DNA of 64,000 nucleotides, taken from contig CAJFCJ010000011.1 in the NCBI GenBank assembly GCA_904063045.1, positions 451,100 to 515,099 of the forward strand, written 5' to 3'. Made by a program: the position numbers and the translations under genes. A model generated the notes under the pieces. The model did no database searches. It worked only from the letters and a program-made list of their open reading frames with translations, and was not told the origin of the DNA. The stretch is from Dimorphilus gyrociliatus (Eukaryota; Animalia; Annelida). Below, one piece after another: positions 60,535 to 64,000 of this stretch. How positions within the stretch are numbered: the first letter of the stretch is position 1; each line of letters opens with the position of its first letter.

Positions 60535-60998
60535 ATGTCGAATTGGAATCTTGTTTGGCTTCAACAAAAACAAACACCGTCATACTCTAGACACGACGTC
60601 TTTCCGCCTGATTTCGTCCTTAATTCTTCAAACTGGAGCAGGATTAACGATAACAGTAAGATTTTTAGAGCTTTCAAGCAAGCATATTCTCATCTTTTAA
60701 AAGTTACTTCTAAAAAGATGATAATCTAAAACTTTCTAAATAAAGTTTTATTATTAATTAGAAACGTCAAAACTCCCGGTCACTAATGATCGTGTAGCGA
60801 ATATAGCGAAGCATACTGTATCGAGTTCAGCTAAGCGGGAGACGATCGACCTAAAACGGCACCACGTTCCGAATTACATGGAGATGAATAAATATTGCTG
60901 GAACAGAATGGATTTTATGAGAGATTCTACAAAGCGATTATGGACTGCTGGAGGGGCCGTTAATAGAGGAGGAACATCCCATTCCAAATAGTAAATCT
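60535..60998 (+). CDS. Hypothetical small protein (~118 aa), 2 exons, unknown family
   Basis: MSNWNLVWLQQKQTPSYSRHDVFPPDFVLNSSNWSRINDN | (A|GTAAGA ... ttaattag) KTSKLPVTNDRVANIAKHTVSSSAKRETIDLKRHHVPNYMEMNKYCWNRMDFMRDSTKRLWTAGGAVNRGGTSHSK*. Phase-consistent splice. Confidence 0.3.
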
Positions 60999-62124
60999 AA
61001 CCTTTGACTACACTCTACTTGCCGCCTACTTTTCCCATAATTTTGACTAATAAGAAAATTATACGGTTGAGATTCTGTCCAATCAACTTGATTTTGCAAG
61101 CGTCTTGCATACGAATTTGCTTTAATAAATTATTGATAGAGAAGGGTAGAAGGGATTAGAGTTAGGTCGCCTATAAACCTTACATATTTCTACCCTAAAG
61201 CATACAGAGTATGTTAAATGTAAAATAAAAATACACGGTACTATAAAATCCACCGTATATATTAGTATGTTATATGCAATATATAAATATAGGGAATAAA
61301 GCATTAGCCCACCATACAAACTAACAGGTATTTTCAATTACAGGCCTAGTGTAGACGGGTCAGGCAAAAAAACATACTGATTCAGTCTAATCTTTTGCCT
61401 TCTGTCATTCAAAAACGTTTTGATAAGCCGCGGGATGACCGAAAACATATACATGATGCTGCTCAAAGCTAACCTTGGCCATTTCCCTCGAATTTTCGTC
61501 TACATATCCTCCCTCAGGCTTTTTTTTTTCTTCTTACCTTCACAAATTTCATCTTTTTTTCCATCCCTCGATCTCTATCATGGTCTCCTTTTTAATCATT
61601 TCGGCCTAATTCTGATCTTCTTAAGTGCTTTTCGTCACTCTTCAGAATTGTCGCCAGGACTCGCCTAAACGTTCTTCTTCGTTTCTTCTTTCGACAAAAG
61701 ACGAATGATCGCTGGTGTTTTATCAGACATTTCGTTTATATACGGCCTGATAGGCGTCAGAAGGGTTAAAAGTTATCAAAAACAGGGTTTTTGCGAAGGA
61801 AGGAGAGGCTTGGTCATAAACGCTGTTATAACCTCGTTGTAACAAAATAGAATGAGGAAAAATTGCACTATTTGCTATTGAAGAAAAAACGTTAACTAGC
61901 AATAGATATGAGTGTTATAGTTGTTGTGTAAATACAACAATTATTACCCATTAAAAAGGAGAAGCGGTCATATGTTAAAGAAAAAGAGAATAATTTAGCT
62001 ATAAAGGGGGAAAATAAAGAAAGAAATTGTATCTATGGTGCGCTTCGATAATTATTATACGACCGTCTTGCGCAGTAGTCGACTGGCCGCTGCGCTATTG
62101 CAGCTTTGCAGTCGTGAGCCGAAG

Positions 62125-64000
62125 ATGTTGTCGAAAAGTATCTATTTCAGAAACTTGTTTTGGATAACTATACATATATTATTCTTAGGTAAGATTAATC
62201 AAAAGAAGACATTCCTACGATATTTACCTTTATTCTATCTTTCGTGCTTCTTTTCTTTAGCTGTTGTCACTTTTTAATTCAGGTACTAAAGCTATTAGAG
62301 AGGAGCTACAACTACTGAAGGACTTATTGAAGGATTATGATACGGCTGCCAGACCAGTTTTAAATCAATCACAGGTCGTTCAAGTAAAAATGGGCGTAGC
62401 CCTCTTTCAAATTAGAGATCTAGATGAAAAAAACCAATTCCTTCAAGTAAATGCATGGTTTCAATTCGTGAGTTCATCTCTTATCTTCATCTACTGCAAC
62501 GTGCCTATTCCCCCTGAATTCCTTTTTTATGTCTCGTTTTATAGCATTGGTATGATCCTCATCTAACATGGAACGAATCGGACTACGGGAATTTAACGAA
62601 TCTGCGTATCCCATCGACACGCGTTTGGATTCCAGATGTTGTTTTATACAACAGGTATATGATTTCAATCGTTTAGAACGTCTTTTACAGAGATTCTGCT
62701 CCTTTTCTTTCTCGTTCGTACCCTAAGTTTTACTTATGTTTGATTTTTCTGCCTTTCATAAAAAAAAAAGTGTGGATGAAACAAAACCCGCAACGGAAGT
62801 GTTCGCTCATACAAATGCCATTGTGAAATCGGACGGAAAGATTTTATGGGTGGTACCGGCAATGATTAAGTCTTCATGTAAAATAGACGTTCGATATTTT
62901 CCCTTCGATGAGCAGAATTGTAGTTTAAAATTTGGTAGTTGGACATACGATGGTTTCCAATTGGATTTAACTAATTTAAGAGATACGGGAGATTTAAATA
63001 AGTATATAGAGAGTGGTGAATGGCATTTAGCTGGAATGCCAGCAAAAAGTAAGTTACATGAATTGTACTTTTACGGTATAAACTCAAAATCTTGATCAAA
63101 AACTTTTATGTAATACCCAATTCCTCTAAAATTTTAAGCCTAATCCACATTTCCTTCTTTTAGGAAATGTCGAATATTATTCATGCTGTGTCGAGCCTTT
63201 TGTCGACGTTACTTATAGTATCATTTTGAGGAGAAAACCAATGTTCTACACCTATAATTTAGTGTTTCCGTGTGTACTTCTTATGGCTATAGGTGTTCTA
63301 GTATTTTGTCTTCCCCCCGAATCAGGAGAAAAAGTTTCTCTAGGAATAACCGTCCTTCTAGCCATGACTGTATATCAGCTACTTATTGCTGAAGCTATAC
63401 CTCCAACGTCTGAGGTTGTCCCCTTAATTGGGCAATTTTTTGGGGCAACCATTTTTCTATTGTCACTATCATCTGCAATGACAGTAGTAATTATGAAGCT
63501 CCATTTTAATGGTGAACATGGTAATAGGCTACCAAATTGGATGCGTAAATTAGTACTTCACTGGATAGCACGAATGCTCCGCATGAGACAGGCTACAGTC
63601 GAAATACGTAAAGTAGGTGACGCCTATTTATCTAAGCACCAGAATTCTTTTTTCATTATTTCCTCTATATATTTCAACAATAATCCATTCCATCCATTCA
63701 GCCTTTGAGGGATTACGACAGAGAATTGCGAGCGGACTGCGATATATCTCTCGGCCTATTAGGCAATCATCGTGTGTCCGTCAAACAACCACCGGTTGCT
63801 TACTGCAGGAAGCATCTTCATCATCATCAGCAACAAAATCAACATCAACATCAACAGCAGCAAAACAGAAGAAATATAGAGGAGAAGAGAAACGACCCTT
63901 TCTCATCTTCTGCTTTCGATAACTATGTGCCTTCCACAACTGGAGAAGCTCTACCAGAAATACTAAACCACGTTAGGCAAGTAAATGAGGAATTACATCA
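62125..64000 (+). CDS. Nicotinic acetylcholine receptor subunit, alpha-type (vicinal Cys in loop C), Cys-loop ligand-gated ion channel; exons 62125-62188, 62283-62467, 62545-62655, 62771-63048, 63165-63612, 63702->64000 (3' end with TM4 outside window)
   Basis: Signal [77 protein letters not shown] | [36 protein letters not shown] | ...[41 protein letters not shown] (Cys-loop) | ...[23 protein letters not shown] (YxCC) [22 protein letters not shown]...[22 protein letters not shown] (TM1-TM2) ...TM3 | cytoplasmic loop [14 protein letters not shown]... Donors GTAAGA, GTGAGT, GTATAT, GTAAGT, GTAGGT. Confidence 0.85.

Noticed and set aside
1-64000. Prokaryotic features (operons, RBS, CRISPR arrays, IS elements) and organellar origin
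   Set aside because: Every supported gene has GT-AG introns and eukaryote-specific families (golgin, nAChR, Ly6, GPCR, DBF4). No direct-repeat/spacer arrays, rRNA or tRNA genes were seen.

Overview
This window is eukaryotic nuclear DNA from a compact, AT-rich (~30% GC) animal genome. Genes are closely packed on both strands, with short GT-AG introns (~45-250 bp), TATA-box promoters and AT microsatellites. There is no prokaryotic, CRISPR or organellar signal.

About 25 protein-coding genes can be supported by reading the translations against known families:
- TMED10/p24 (partial)
- two paralogous orphan class-A GPCRs with identical 3-exon architecture and GTATAAATA promoters
- a protein with two THAP domains
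- CCZ1
- DNAJB13, the axonemal radial-spoke DnaJ, carrying the diagnostic HPL motif in place of HPD
- an ORP9/10/11-type oxysterol-binding protein with PH domain and FFAT motif
- an SLC25 mitochondrial carrier
- a giant Dbf4/Chiffon-like protein, with a Dbf4-type zinc finger followed by a ~1600-aa low-complexity tail
- a RERG-like small GTPase with a degenerate G3 box
- AP-1 sigma
- an N-myristoylatable globin-X-like globin
- VPS72/YL1
- MRPL4
- golgin-245/GOLGA4, with a single 5.4-kb coiled-coil exon and a C-terminal GRIP domain
- the 5' part of a nicotinic-receptor alpha-type subunit
- several unplaced ORFs

The most notable locus is a tandem cluster of at least seven Ly6/uPAR three-finger (snake-toxin-like) genes on the minus strand (36.0-38.0 kb, 40.3-41.5 kb, 42.1-42.4 kb). 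The cluster surrounds one of the orphan GPCRs and lies ~20 kb from the nAChR subunit gene. Its genes use phase-1 signal-peptide exons, and two domain exon sets have no signal exon of their own, so shared or alternative 5' exons are possible.

Two further observations. A compositionally distinct GC-richer block (10.85-12.25 kb) carries unplaceable hydrophobic ORFs. A palindromic TATATACAGTATATA motif recurs in at least eight intergenic sites.

All coordinates are read by eye and may be off by a few bases at exon edges.
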